A stretch of DNA of 63,924 nucleotides, filler included, from 5 parts of 5 records of this genome joined end to end with filler, not necessarily neighbours in it; one strand, 5' to 3'. Positions 38,673 through 49,513 are shown, counted from the whole stretch's first letter. Notes: generated by a model not told the origin, from the letters alone. Program-made: numbers and translations.

Positions 38673-40838
38673 ATGAAAGTTGCGATAATTTACAACAAAG
38701 ATTTTGAGGGAGTTATAAACATTTTTGGTATGCAAAACAAAGAAGTTTACTCCCCGGCCACTGTGCAAAAAGTTGTTGACGCTCTGGAAAAAGGAGGGCA
38801 TAACGTTGCAGTTATAGATGGCAATATGCATGTGGTTGAAAGACTTCAAAATTTTATGCCAAAAGTTGTTGATGGAGAACAGATGGGAATGGTTTTCAAT
38901 ATGGCTTATGGTATCCAAGGAGAAAGTCGCTACACTCATATTCCATCAATGCTTGAAATGTTGGGTATACCTTATGTAGGTTCTTCTCCATCAGGACATG
39001 CACTTGCATTGGATAAAGTTATCACCAAGATCATGTGGCAAAAGCATGGCATTTCGACTCCCGATTTCTGGGTATTCAACAGTGCCAATGATGACATGAG
39101 CAATGTCAAATATCCAGTGATTGTGAAACCTAAAATGGAAAGTGTTTCATTTGGATTAAAGGTCGTTTACAATGAAGAGGATCTTAGAGAATCTGTAAAC
39201 TTTATTGTAAAAGAATTTCAACAGCAAGCACTAGCAGAACAATTTATTAGAGGAAGAGAGTTTTGCGTTGGGATTCTAGGCAATGAGCCGGTTGAAACTT
39301 TTCCTATCCTGGAAATTGATTTAAACAATGATCCTGATGCCATACAAACTGTAACTGATAAAAAAGAGGCTCCTAAAAGAAAAATTTGCCCTGCCGATTT
39401 ACCCAAAGAGGTAGCAAACGAAATGGTACGTCAAAGTATTGAAGCCTTTAAAGCCCTTCAATTAAGAGATTTTGCAAGAGTTGATATTAGAATGGATGAA
39501 AATAACAACATCTACTTATTAGAAATCAATTCGATGGCAAGCCTAGGATTCACAGGTTCTTATCCTGCGGCAGCAAAAGTTTCTGGTTATGACTACGATG
39601 ATTTAGTTAATAAGATGCTTGATGTTGCATCTGTAAGGTATTTTTCTGGTAGCATTTTAAATCAATCCAGTCAAAAACCTAAAAAACCATTACTTCATAC
39701 AAGAATTAGAGGTTTCCTAAGAGGTAGACAACCACAGCATTTAAAAATGCTTCAAAAAATTGTTAACATGAACTCTCATGTTAGGGACATCGATGGGGTA
39801 AATCAACTTGGCAATTATTTGAAAGGTCAGTTTGCCACGCTCGGTTTTGTGCAGGAAAACTACCCTCAAATTGAAGTTGGGAACCATTTGTTTTTCACAA
39901 ATTCCTATGACAACGAATATGATGTCCTTCTTTTAGGAGTACTTGACAATTCCACACCTTTATCAAAACATGAATCCTACAATGAACAGGATCAAAAAAT
40001 TTATGGTACTGGTGCATGGGAACACAAAGGAGGTTTAATTGTAGCAATGGCTGCACTACAAGCTTTAAAATACTCAAGAAACCTAAAAAATTACAGAATT
40101 GGAATTTTACTAACTACAGATAATTCTGTGTTCGGGAAATTCTCACGAAGAGTGGTAAAAGAGAAGGCAGCCAAATCGAAAGTAGTAATTGGTTTACATG
40201 GTTCGAACACGGAAGGTAGTTTAACTACATCAAGAAGTGGATCTGCTAAATATAGTTGCCAAATGAACTTGTTACCTAGTGAGCGTTCGGAGAAAGTTGC
40301 TAATGCAGCAAGTGCTTTTTCAAAAATGGTTCAAACCTGGTGTGATTTATCTGTTGATGATGACAGTTTGGTTATAGCTCCTCAGGAAATGCGATTAAAT
40401 ACCAATATTATGCAATCTTATTGCAGTGGTTCTGTACAATTAAACATCCGATTCAATCAAAATGATCAGTTTAAAACTTTAGATGAAAATATTAAGAAAG
40501 CCGTTCCTTTACGCAAACTTAATAAGATCGCTAAACTTCAAATGGAAGGTGGAATTATGAGACCTCCATTGGAAGAGAATAAAAAGACTGATCAATTCTT
40601 TCAATTTATTCAGCCTATTGCAAAAAAATTAGACATTCGAGTGGCAAAAGAACACCGATGGGATTCTTCGGATATTTGTTCAATTGACACAGGCATGTTT
40701 TTGATAGATGGATTTGGTCCTAGTGGTCAGATTAATCCAAAACAGTCAGAGTTTATATACACACATAGTATCTCGGAAAGATCTTTGCTTTTGGCAATGA
40801 CAATACACGGACTCTACAATAGAAACTTTGAAATATAA
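38673..40838 (+). CDS. Fusion: D-Ala-D-Ala-ligase-like ATP-grasp domain + M20 peptidase-like domain lacking metal ligands
   Basis: ATP-grasp GIPYVGS, LDKVITK, VKP, EQFIRGREF, RVDIR, LEINSM. M20 scaffold with GVLDNS, GTGAWEHKGG, TDNS, DGFGP. Probable ATG at 38673. Confidence 0.85.
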   Translation: MKVAIIYNKDFEGVINIFGMQNKEVYSPATVQKVVDALEKGGHNVAVIDGNMHVVERLQNFMPKVVDGEQMGMVFNMAYGIQGESRYTHIPSMLEMLGIPYVGSSPSGHALALDKVITKIMWQKHGISTPDFWVFNSANDDMSNVKYPVIVKPKMESVSFGLKVVYNEEDLRESVNFIVKEFQQQALAEQFIRGREFCVGILGNEPVETFPILEIDLNNDPDAIQTVTDKKEAPKRKICPADLPKEVANEMVRQSIEAFKALQLRDFARVDIRMDENNNIYLLEINSMASLGFTGSYPAAAKVSGYDYDDLVNKMLDVASVRYFSGSILNQSSQKPKKPLLHTRIRGFLRGRQPQHLKMLQKIVNMNSHVRDIDGVNQLGNYLKGQFATLGFVQENYPQIEVGNHLFFTNSYDNEYDVLLLGVLDNSTPLSKHESYNEQDQKIYGTGAWEHKGGLIVAMAALQALKYSRNLKNYRIGILLTTDNSVFGKFSRRVVKEKAAKSKVVIGLHGSNTEGSLTTSRSGSAKYSCQMNLLPSERSEKVANAASAFSKMVQTWCDLSVDDDSLVIAPQEMRLNTNIMQSYCSGSVQLNIRFNQNDQFKTLDENIKKAVPLRKLNKIAKLQMEGGIMRPPLEENKKTDQFFQFIQPIAKKLDIRVAKEHRWDSSDICSIDTGMFLIDGFGPSGQINPKQSEFIYTHSISERSLLLAMTIHGLYNRNFEI

Positions 40839-40854
40839 TATCTTGTGCGGTCTT

Positions 40855-41436
40855 TTATTCACAAGAGAGACCGCACATTTTTAGAAAATTAATCATGATC
40901 TGAATTCCCGCCTCGCCAGAAACTTCCGGATGTGATTGAAAACCGTAAATTGGCTTAGATTTATGACGAATAATTTCATTGTAACAGGTATCACTCTCAC
41001 CTATAGAGATAAAGTTAGGTGGTAGTTGAGAAACATGCCATCCATGTTTTTTTACGAGAGGAATAGCTTCAAGATTAATAGATTCAAATATTGGATCCTT
41101 CTTATCTGTTATTCGCACAACCTCTTTTTTGTTATTGTATGCCTTTAATTTTTTAATCCTTCCTCTATTTGCAACAGCAATAATTTCATGCCCCAAACAT
41201 AAACCCAATACAGGAACCTGAAAATTCAACATGGCTACAAAATTAGTTGTCAGGTTTAGTGGTTCATAAGGATTTCCTCTTCCCCCTGATAGAATTATCC
41301 CTTGTATGTTTGCCTTTTCAGGTAAATTTAAGGGCTGATTATGATCGAAAAAAAACGTCTCGAAATCCATATCAGCCAAAAAGTTCCTCTTAAACTTTTT
41401 AATAAAAGCACTTTGATTGTCTATAATTAGCAGCAT
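40855..41436 (-). CDS. Class I glutamine amidotransferase (GMP synthase A subunit/TrpG-like, stand-alone)
   Basis: IIDNQS, IILSGG, LGLCLGHE (Cys), GFQSHPE (His-Glu); triad intact. Confidence 0.9.
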   Translation of the reverse strand: MLLIIDNQSAFIKKFKRNFLADMDFETFFFDHNQPLNLPEKANIQGIILSGGRGNPYEPLNLTTNFVAMLNFQVPVLGLCLGHEIIAVANRGRIKKLKAYNNKKEVVRITDKKDPIFESINLEAIPLVKKHGWHVSQLPPNFISIGESDTCYNEIIRHKSKPIYGFQSHPEVSGEAGIQIMINFLKMCGLSCE

Positions 41437-41437
41437 A

Positions 41438-42406
41438 TTAAATTGAATTTTTAATTGAAATAAAATTATCTTTTAATAATTCCTGAATAACTTTTTCAGT
41501 TAGCTCACTTTTAAATGCAAATTCATATCTAATGTCCATTACATAAGCTTTCAACCTCATCTTGTAACAAAGTTTATCATGCTTAATATCACTCACAAAT
41601 ATTACAACAATTGGCTTAGCTAAATATATGTACTGTGAAAGCTTAGCGACCTCAATTGCTATCTTTCTAACCTTTCTGGTATCTATTGTAATTGGTAAAA
41701 ATATTTCGGATACAACCTGACAATTAGTTTCTCCTGAATTGGAGTTAGAAATAGATTGATTCATTAATTCACCATTGGGTAAAGTAACAACCGAGTCATC
41801 CGCAGTATGAATTCTAGTTGACCTTAAAGACATATCTAAAACCTCTCCATATGTACTCCCTACTTCTATTTTATCTCCCACTTTAAAAGGTCTGTCAATT
41901 AAAATTACAAAACCTCCAAAAATATTTTTTAAAATGTCTTGAGCTGCAAAGCCTACAGCCACACCAACCGAAGCTCCAAATGCAATTAAAGATTCTAATG
42001 GCGGTCTAAAAATTCCTCCTACAATTATGTATGCAAGTATTGCCCAACATATTATTTTAATAATTGGGACAATTGCTTTCCCTTTAACCCTTCTTTCCGG
42101 AGTTCTTTCAGACCAAAGTTCAATCGTCCTGGTAAAAAACCGAATTGAGAAGTAACCGATTAGAACAAATACAATTGCCCAAAAAACTTTCGAAAAAGAA
42201 ATAATATTTGAAACTTTTGGAGGTTTCAATTTGTTTTCGAGAGTTTGTACTGCATTATCAATTTTACTTTTGACAGTATCAACTGCTACTACCTTGGAGA
42301 CTGTATCTAAAACTATTTCTTTTCCATAAGTAACATTACTTACTTGAGTAAAAAATAGTATTATCAACAGAATCAATAAATCCGTTATTTTAATCTTGCT
42401 CCTCAT
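41438..42406 (-). CDS. MscS family mechanosensitive channel
   Basis: GVAVGFAAQDILKNIFGG, DRPFKVGDKI, LRSTRI, LPNG. Confidence 0.92.
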   Translation of the reverse strand: MRSKIKITDLLILLIILFFTQVSNVTYGKEIVLDTVSKVVAVDTVKSKIDNAVQTLENKLKPPKVSNIISFSKVFWAIVFVLIGYFSIRFFTRTIELWSERTPERRVKGKAIVPIIKIICWAILAYIIVGGIFRPPLESLIAFGASVGVAVGFAAQDILKNIFGGFVILIDRPFKVGDKIEVGSTYGEVLDMSLRSTRIHTADDSVVTLPNGELMNQSISNSNSGETNCQVVSEIFLPITIDTRKVRKIAIEVAKLSQYIYLAKPIVVIFVSDIKHDKLCYKMRLKAYVMDIRYEFAFKSELTEKVIQELLKDNFISIKNSI

Positions 42407-45303
42407 TAATGTATGTAGTTTAATGATGTTAGATGATTTACAACCTGTCTATATATTAATGGGTTTATAGAATATTCGTTTTCTTTTTTGACTATTATAC
42501 CATCATCTACAAAGACCATCAATTGATTAGAACTATCCTTTTCAGTTAAGTTAAATACTTCCATATGATCTTCAATAGTCATTCTTCCATGTAAAACCAT
42601 GGCATATAAGGTAGCAAGTTGACTACTAGAAAGAGAATTGACAAAAACCAGATTCAAATTTTTAAATTGCATATTAAAAGTATTGTCCTCAACGCTTACA
42701 ATAGATCTCATCCAAAATAAAAGTGCCAATGACAAATTGTTCTGTGCATAATTAAATAACCTCTTAAAGTAATCTTCTTGAAGTGATGCCTGCTTATCAT
42801 TAAGCGTAAGCTTTTTAAAACTTCGTTTTTCAGAATAATTTTCAGGAGGAATAAAATGCAATTTATATCCACTAAACTTATGTCTATTTAATATTGATTC
42901 GGTTACCTGCTCATTAGACAATTTATCAAGCATTTCTATATGTGCATAATAGTTATTTATCCCTATCGAATAATCAAAGTATTTAAAGGTATAGAATAGG
43001 CAAGTGTTTAACCAGTATACTTTTGAATTTGTTTCTGATATTAGCTTAAACAAAGAGTACAATAAGTTAAAACCTCCCATTTTGCGAATATAAAGCTTAT
43101 GTATATTCTCAAGAATGATTATTTTGCGATTTTCACTTGACAATATAAACTCTCGTATCTCATCACAACTTTTCAACTCCTGATTATTTAGAGCATCCGA
43201 CAAAAGTTTAACAAACTCATTGTCTGTTTTTATTTTCCCATTTGGATTAATTCTAACAACCTGGTATTGATGACCAAATTTCTCTATAAATTCATTTACT
43301 AATGAAGTTAGTCCACTGCCAGTTTCACCAACCAAGCAAGTTGGCGCAAACTTACCTGAAGTCCAATTTGAATAGGCTTTCTCTAGTTGATTTACAACAA
43401 AAGGTCTTTTTATTCTAAATTTTGCATTCACCACAGGAGTGATGCTAAATAATCTTTGATACATTAATGGTAACTTTTCAATCGCAGCCTCTGTTTCTGA
43501 CAAATAATTAGACATTTCACTATTAATAGACGTATGTGAAACAGTCAAACCTAATACCTCTTTATATGAAGAGTACTTAGATCTTATATTCTTAAATATT
43601 GAATTTATCCTCAGGTAATATTCGTGTCCATTCTTTTTTACCATACTTAGGAAAGAAAAAGCATTTCTTTTTATATCTGACCAGACTCTTTTTCTATACA
43701 TCTGGATATGCTTTGACTTAAGTTGTTCAGGAGATATGGATACAGTAATCTCCCTTATCAGTTCGTAGTAGATCAATTGCAAACCTTTCTCTATCTCATT
43801 GGTAAATGTCTTAACGTAAGAAATTCGTTCAAAAGCACGTTTTTTCGCTCTCTCAATACCTTGTTTAAATTCATCAATATGCTGACTTTTGTCAACATCA
43901 ACATTGGACTGTAGGTATTCATTCGTATACTCAAGAATTCCAGAAAGTTCGTTCAAGTACACAATCGAATCATTTTGAAAATTTACCATTAAATCACTCT
44001 CCTTCTCAAGAGGTATTTTTATATACTCAACACACCACCCTTCAATTATTTCATACAACTCAAGTGTTTTTAAATGACTCCGAGATTTTACATTTTCCCA
44101 TTTCGTAACGAGAGGTAAATTGTATGAGCTATTAATTGATGATATTTCGTTATGAATCCTATCGTTTAATATTCCTATTTCCTTTTTTAGATCCAGTTTT
44201 AAAATTTGATGTAAATAAAATGGAATTTGATTTTTTAACAGTTCTTCATTAAGGCTTTTTTCTACTACTGTTATATCTATTTCCTCTTCCTTAAAACTAT
44301 CTGTAGTAATTTTTAATAAATCATATGTTTTTTGATCATTCAATTGAAAATATTCTTTTAATTGAATGGCTATGTATTTATTTGTCTCCTCAAAATTATC
44401 AAAAGATTTAAATCCAAACTTCCTTACTTTTTGAATCAACATCCAGTGATCCAATATCGATGAAATCCTAACATTGTATTTTTCAAAGAGTTTATTTCGT
44501 CGATTATTCAATATTGTATCATTTTTCTCTATTGCAGATGTAGATAGTTTTGAAATAGGAAACTCCACAGTATCAACTAAAAGTAACAAATACTCAAACT
44601 CTGATTGAAGCTCCGGAGTAAGTTCATCAAAGAAGATTTCCAAGTAATTGACAAAAGTATTATATTTTTCTTGTACGGATGAGATTACTTCTTCTACCTG
44701 CTTCAGGTCAATTCCCTCATTATTTAAAATCTTTCCTGTAATATCATGATCCAAGGCTTTTAGTTCAAGAAAAAAACTTTCTCTATTCTCTAAGGCTTCT
44801 GTTAAAACATCCTCAAATTTCTCATAAAACCTTTGTACAAATACATATTTTGCCAGCTGTCTATGCAATACAATTTGTTTTGCAGTTTTATAGGTTAAAA
44901 GTGATTTACCCGCTACCCGTCTAAATAAATTATAGACCCAAACCGCAAACCAACTTAACCTTAGTAATATTTTTTTGAAATATTTCAGAATCTTTAAAAG
45001 GAGTTTATCTTGAGAATTTGCATTGTACCTAGCAATTTCTTGAAATCTCTTTTCTTGCTCAGGAAAAGTCAAGATATGATCTTCAACTTCACTTAACAGA
45101 TCAATTATATCCTCATTGCTTATCACCCTATCACCATCAAAATCCTTCATCATTAAACTATCGAAAGATTGTGCATAATTTTCAAGATTCTCCAGAGTCT
45201 TTTTACCTTGATTCTCCTGCATAGCAAATGTCTTAAGAGCATCAATCACACTCTCGAAAGGTAAATACAGGGATACAATCTTAGCCGTAAATTTATGATA
45301 CAT
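42406..45303 (-). CDS. Large helical protein with C-terminal P-loop NTPase-like (AAA/STAND-like) domain and probable winged helix
   Basis: CLVGETGSGLTSL (Walker A without Lys), IIILENIH (Walker B-like); TAATG overlap with mscS. Confidence 0.75.
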   Translation of the reverse strand: MYHKFTAKIVSLYLPFESVIDALKTFAMQENQGKKTLENLENYAQSFDSLMMKDFDGDRVISNEDIIDLLSEVEDHILTFPEQEKRFQEIARYNANSQDKLLLKILKYFKKILLRLSWFAVWVYNLFRRVAGKSLLTYKTAKQIVLHRQLAKYVFVQRFYEKFEDVLTEALENRESFFLELKALDHDITGKILNNEGIDLKQVEEVISSVQEKYNTFVNYLEIFFDELTPELQSEFEYLLLLVDTVEFPISKLSTSAIEKNDTILNNRRNKLFEKYNVRISSILDHWMLIQKVRKFGFKSFDNFEETNKYIAIQLKEYFQLNDQKTYDLLKITTDSFKEEEIDITVVEKSLNEELLKNQIPFYLHQILKLDLKKEIGILNDRIHNEISSINSSYNLPLVTKWENVKSRSHLKTLELYEIIEGWCVEYIKIPLEKESDLMVNFQNDSIVYLNELSGILEYTNEYLQSNVDVDKSQHIDEFKQGIERAKKRAFERISYVKTFTNEIEKGLQLIYYELIREITVSISPEQLKSKHIQMYRKRVWSDIKRNAFSFLSMVKKNGHEYYLRINSIFKNIRSKYSSYKEVLGLTVSHTSINSEMSNYLSETEAAIEKLPLMYQRLFSITPVVNAKFRIKRPFVVNQLEKAYSNWTSGKFAPTCLVGETGSGLTSLVNEFIEKFGHQYQVVRINPNGKIKTDNEFVKLLSDALNNQELKSCDEIREFILSSENRKIIILENIHKLYIRKMGGFNLLYSLFKLISETNSKVYWLNTCLFYTFKYFDYSIGINNYYAHIEMLDKLSNEQVTESILNRHKFSGYKLHFIPPENYSEKRSFKKLTLNDKQASLQEDYFKRLFNYAQNNLSLALLFWMRSIVSVEDNTFNMQFKNLNLVFVNSLSSSQLATLYAMVLHGRMTIEDHMEVFNLTEKDSSNQLMVFVDDGIIVKKENEYSINPLIYRQVVNHLTSLNYIH

Positions 45304-45444
45304 TAGTCTAACCTATTTATCTATGAGTTACATTAAATTACGAAAAACTTTCGTCATTTCTACCATTACACTTCTGTAAGCGATATACTAACAGAAGGTT
45401 ACATTGTTACCATAATTGAATAGAAGAAATAAGATCTTATTAAT

Positions 45445-45471
45445 TAGACGTGCATTTTCTGCATAGTCACT
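45445..45471 (-). promoter_or_regulatory. Putative ECF sigma promoter, copy 2
   Basis: Minus strand AGTGAC-N15-CGTCTA upstream of the NTPase-MscS-GATase operon. Confidence 0.7.
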
Positions 45472-45899
45472 TGTGTCCTATTTTTCTAACATCTCCTAAT
45501 CCGCTTGATAAGATATATGGGATCACTTACCTTTTTTTAGGAATATGGTTATTAAAAAACAACTTTTCTTTCTAAAGCATAGTGCAATAGCAATGGATAA
45601 AAAATGCGCTATAAAAAATGATTCACTTTTTTATTTACATGTAATTATCATATAATAATTTGTTTTCAAACGCAACTAATTAGAATATAAATCATTTCAG
45701 ATTATTTTTTTTATTTTAATTTATGACAAATAATTAACAGTATCACTTCTAAAACGTATAATACTATATATCAGAAGATAAGACCGTATTCTTAAGTTTT
45801 TATTTTTTTTATTATTGGATAGTGTAATAATCAAATAAATGATTTTATTTGCAAAAAAAATGAAATTTAAAACAACAATTATTTTTTATGGTTTTATAA

Positions 45900-47309
45900 A
45901 TGAAAAACACTTATTTTGATTTGATAGATCAGAGCTATTACTTTCCTCAGGAAGGTTTTGATTTAAGAGATGGATCTCTTACTTTTCAAGGAATTTCCTT
46001 GAAATATCTGATCGAAAAACATGGTACTCCATTTCGCTTTTTTTACTTACCAAAAATTGGAGACCAAATCAAAAGAGCACGCAACCTGTTCAATCGTGCT
46101 ATAAAAAAGAATGGCTATAAAGGAACGTACCATTATTGTTATTGCACAAAGTGTAACCACTTTGCTCACGTGATTGGAGAGGCAATGAAACACAATGTCA
46201 ATCTCGAAACCTCATCATCTTTTGATATCGATCTAATTTTAAATCTTTATAAAGACAAAAAAATCGATTTAGATAGAGTGATTGTGCATAATGGCTACAA
46301 AACCGATGAGTATTTAAAAAAAATACTTAATCTTCAAAAGTGTGGATTTAAAAATACAGTCATTATATTCGATAGCGTACATGAGCTTAATCGCCTGGAA
46401 CAGATCACTACCAGTGAGAAAATTCAGATAGGTATCAGAATGGCTATTAATGAGGAACCACAATCTGCTTATCATACTTCTCGTTTAGGAATACGAGATA
46501 TGGAAATCATGGATTTTTTCCAGAACAGAATTAAGAACAATCCAAAATTTGAACTAAAAATGCTTCATTTTTTTGTTGATTCTGGAATAAAAGATAGCCT
46601 ATATTATTGGGGTGAATTTCAAAAGGCTCTTAAAGTATACATTGACCTTAAGAAAGAATGTGAATCATTAAATTCATTCAATTTAGGAGGTGGTTTTCCA
46701 ATCAAAAACCATTTGGGTTTTGAGTACAATTATGAGTACATGATCAATGAAATTGTTTCGAACATTAAGGATGCATGCGTAAATGAAAATATTCCAGAAC
46801 CAGATATTTATACAGAATTTGGAAAATATACTGTTGGAGAAAGTGGTGCAATAATCTTTAAAGTACTTGAACAAAAACAGCAAAATGATACAGAATCGTG
46901 GTACATTATCGACAATAGTTTGATGAATACTATACCAGATGCCTGGTCAATACATGAAAAATTCATCCTATTACCAATTAATAAATGGAATAATGAATAC
47001 AAACGTGTAAACATTGGTGGTATTAGCTGTGATCATTCTGACTACTACAATTCTGAAGATTTAAATCAAGAGGTGTTGTTACCTGATTATTCTGAGGGTG
47101 AAAAGGAACCATTATACATTGGTTTTTTTCATACAGGTGCATATCAAGATTCAATTAGTGGATACGGAGGAATAAAGCATTGTCTCATTCCATCACCAAA
47201 ACATGTAATTATTGATCGCGACGAAAAAGGAAACTTCTTTGACTATGTATATCGAAACGAGCAATCGGCTGATGAAATGTTTAAACTACTAGGATACAAA
47301 AAGGAATGA
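45900..47309 (+). CDS. speA: Arginine decarboxylase (fold type III PLP, short Bacteroidota form)
   Basis: YCYCTK (PLP Lys), ETSS, NGYK, SRLG, LHFF, NLGGG, EFGKYTV, CD, FHTGAYQ; upstream of agmatinase. Confidence 0.88.
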   Translation: MKNTYFDLIDQSYYFPQEGFDLRDGSLTFQGISLKYLIEKHGTPFRFFYLPKIGDQIKRARNLFNRAIKKNGYKGTYHYCYCTKCNHFAHVIGEAMKHNVNLETSSSFDIDLILNLYKDKKIDLDRVIVHNGYKTDEYLKKILNLQKCGFKNTVIIFDSVHELNRLEQITTSEKIQIGIRMAINEEPQSAYHTSRLGIRDMEIMDFFQNRIKNNPKFELKMLHFFVDSGIKDSLYYWGEFQKALKVYIDLKKECESLNSFNLGGGFPIKNHLGFEYNYEYMINEIVSNIKDACVNENIPEPDIYTEFGKYTVGESGAIIFKVLEQKQQNDTESWYIIDNSLMNTIPDAWSIHEKFILLPINKWNNEYKRVNIGGISCDHSDYYNSEDLNQEVLLPDYSEGEKEPLYIGFFHTGAYQDSISGYGGIKHCLIPSPKHVIIDRDEKGNFFDYVYRNEQSADEMFKLLGYKKE

Positions 47310-48160
47310 GAAAGTTTGCAGGAATAGAAAGTGAGTATTGCCAATTTGAAAATGCAGCCACTCTTTTGCAATCCATCCCTTACGATGGAACCAGTACATG
47401 GGGAAAAGGAGCAGATGAGGCTTTTCCAGCATTTTTGGAGGCTCTTGAGAATATGGAATTGTATGACTTAGAAACCGATTCGGAAGTATATAAAACAGGT
47501 GTTCATATTCTTCCTGATATAAATGAGAATCATTCTCCAGAAACAATGGTTAGCGCGGTGTACAATTCTGCAAAACAAAACCTGGAAACAGGAAAGTTTT
47601 GCACCTATTTTGGAGGGGAGCACTCAGTTAGCATTGGTGTGATTCGTGCATATCATGAAAAATTCAAAAACCTTACCGTACTTCAATTAGATGCTCACGC
47701 AGATTTAAGGAAAGAGTACAATGGTACACCATTTAATCATGCATGTGCTGTTCATGAAGCAAGTAAAACATGTAACCTTATTCAAGTAGGAATTAGAAGC
47801 ATGGACTGCTGCGAACTAGAATATTTAAAAAAAGATCAGTGTTATTTTGCTCAGGATATCGATGGACAAACTAAATGGATGAATGATTCCATATCTAAAA
47901 TGACAAACGATATATATCTGACAATTGACCTGGATGTATTTGACCCATCGATTATGCCATCAACTGGAACACCCGAACCTGGAGGTTTAGAATGGTATAC
48001 AGTAGTACGTTATTTGCGGAAAGTTTTTCGCGAAAAAAATGTAGTGGGTTTTGATATTGTGGAATTGGCACCACAGGAAGGACAAAAAGCCCCTAATTTT
48101 TTGACTGCCAAATTGTATTACAAACTTTTAAGTTACAAATTCGAAAGAAATGAAAAATAA
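47306..48160 (+). CDS. speB: Agmatinase
   Basis: PYDGTSTWGKG, GGEHSVS, DAHADLR, TIDLDVFDPS, TGTPEPGG, DIVEL. Confidence 0.93.
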   Translation: MRKFAGIESEYCQFENAATLLQSIPYDGTSTWGKGADEAFPAFLEALENMELYDLETDSEVYKTGVHILPDINENHSPETMVSAVYNSAKQNLETGKFCTYFGGEHSVSIGVIRAYHEKFKNLTVLQLDAHADLRKEYNGTPFNHACAVHEASKTCNLIQVGIRSMDCCELEYLKKDQCYFAQDIDGQTKWMNDSISKMTNDIYLTIDLDVFDPSIMPSTGTPEPGGLEWYTVVRYLRKVFREKNVVGFDIVELAPQEGQKAPNFLTAKLYYKLLSYKFERNEK

Positions 48161-49127
48161 AGGTCCGGTATCAAAATTTATTCTTGAGCATTACCGTCAT
48201 TTTAACTCAGCTGCTTTAATTGACGCAGCACAGGCATACGAAAAACACCTTGCGGATGGTAAAAAAATGATGATCACTTTGGCAGGTGCTATGAGTACCG
48301 CTGAACTGGGAAGATCACTTGCTGAAATGATTCGACAGAATAAAGTGCAAATCATTAGCTGCACAGGAGCGAACCTGGAAGAAGACATCATGAATTTGGT
48401 TGCTCACTCACATTATGAGAGAGTACCTCATTATCGCGATTTAACACCTCAGCAAGAATGGGATTTGTTGGAAAAAGGCTTAAATCGTGTTACAGATACC
48501 TGTATTCCTGAAGAGGAAGCTTTTAGAAGATTACAAGGACATGTTTTCAAAATCTGGAAAGATGCTGAAGAAAATGGCGAAAGATATTTTCCTCACGAAT
48601 TTATGTATAAATTACTTCTTTCTGGTGTATTAGATCAATACTATGAAATTGATCCTAAAAACAGTTGGATGTTAGAGGCTGCAAAGCAAAACTTACCAAT
48701 AGTTGTTCCTGGTTGGGAAGATTCAACTATGGGAAATATTTTTGCATCCTATGTTATTAAAGGCAAGCTGAAAGCTTCAACCATGAAGTCGGGAATTGAA
48801 TATATGACTTGGCTAGCTGATTGGTATACTGAAAATGCAGAGGATAAAGGAATTGGATTCTTTCAAATTGGTGGCGGAATTGCGGGAGATTTTCCAATTT
48901 GTGTTGTTCCAATGCTTTATCAGGATATGGAAAGAACTGATACACCATTCTGGAGTTATTTTTGTCAGATATCGGATTCAACCACTAGCTATGGTTCTTA
49001 TTCTGGCGCCGTACCAAACGAAAAAATAACCTGGGGTAAATTAGGAATCGATACGCCTAAATATATTATAGAATCGGATGCGACCATTGTGGCTCCTTTA
49101 ATTTTTGCCTATTTATTAGGATGGTAA
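48150..49127 (+). CDS. Deoxyhypusine synthase-like protein (probable homospermidine synthase), catalytic Lys intact
   Basis: LAGAMS, TGANLEED, LNRVTD, EDS, IGGG, SYSGA..NEKITWGK, SDATIVAP. Confidence 0.92.
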   Translation: MKNKGPVSKFILEHYRHFNSAALIDAAQAYEKHLADGKKMMITLAGAMSTAELGRSLAEMIRQNKVQIISCTGANLEEDIMNLVAHSHYERVPHYRDLTPQQEWDLLEKGLNRVTDTCIPEEEAFRRLQGHVFKIWKDAEENGERYFPHEFMYKLLLSGVLDQYYEIDPKNSWMLEAAKQNLPIVVPGWEDSTMGNIFASYVIKGKLKASTMKSGIEYMTWLADWYTENAEDKGIGFFQIGGGIAGDFPICVVPMLYQDMERTDTPFWSYFCQISDSTTSYGSYSGAVPNEKITWGKLGIDTPKYIIESDATIVAPLIFAYLLGW

Positions 49128-49149
49128 TAAATCATTAAACTATATAGTT

Positions 49150-49485
49150 ATGACTGAATTATTAAAACCTAAGGTTATTCAAAACTATAAAAAACTAAGT
49201 AAAGAGATTCAAGAGCAATTAAAACTTTACTATCCAGATGGATATGTAGATTATCTAATTGAATTTAAAAATGCAAAAGGTGAACTTGTAAGTGCATTAC
49301 CCTTTGAAACTGACGAAAAAATCTATATGGTTCGCATGTCTGTTCGTAAAGCGCAGGAATTGATTGAAGATGATTCAGATTATGATGAAGATGGTGTTCT
49401 TCTTTCAAATAGGAGAGAAAAATATGCAGATAAGTACTCCGATGTAGATTATTTATTTGATAATGAAGATAACTTTGATGATTAA
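49150..49485 (+). CDS. Small acidic hypothetical protein, last gene of the spe operon
   Basis: YPDGY...FKNAKGE...ETDEKIYMV; acidic C-terminus; followed by terminator. Confidence 0.8.
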   Translation: MTELLKPKVIQNYKKLSKEIQEQLKLYYPDGYVDYLIEFKNAKGELVSALPFETDEKIYMVRMSVRKAQELIEDDSDYDEDGVLLSNRREKYADKYSDVDYLFDNEDNFDD

Positions 49486-49513
49486 TTAATCATTTATTTT
49501 TGAAAGTGTTTGA

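Noticed and set aside
38673-40838. Calling the ATP-grasp fusion the housekeeping ddl
   Set aside because: Lacks the GGxSxE and LHG motifs of true Ddl, is fused to an M20-like domain, and has no cell-wall gene context
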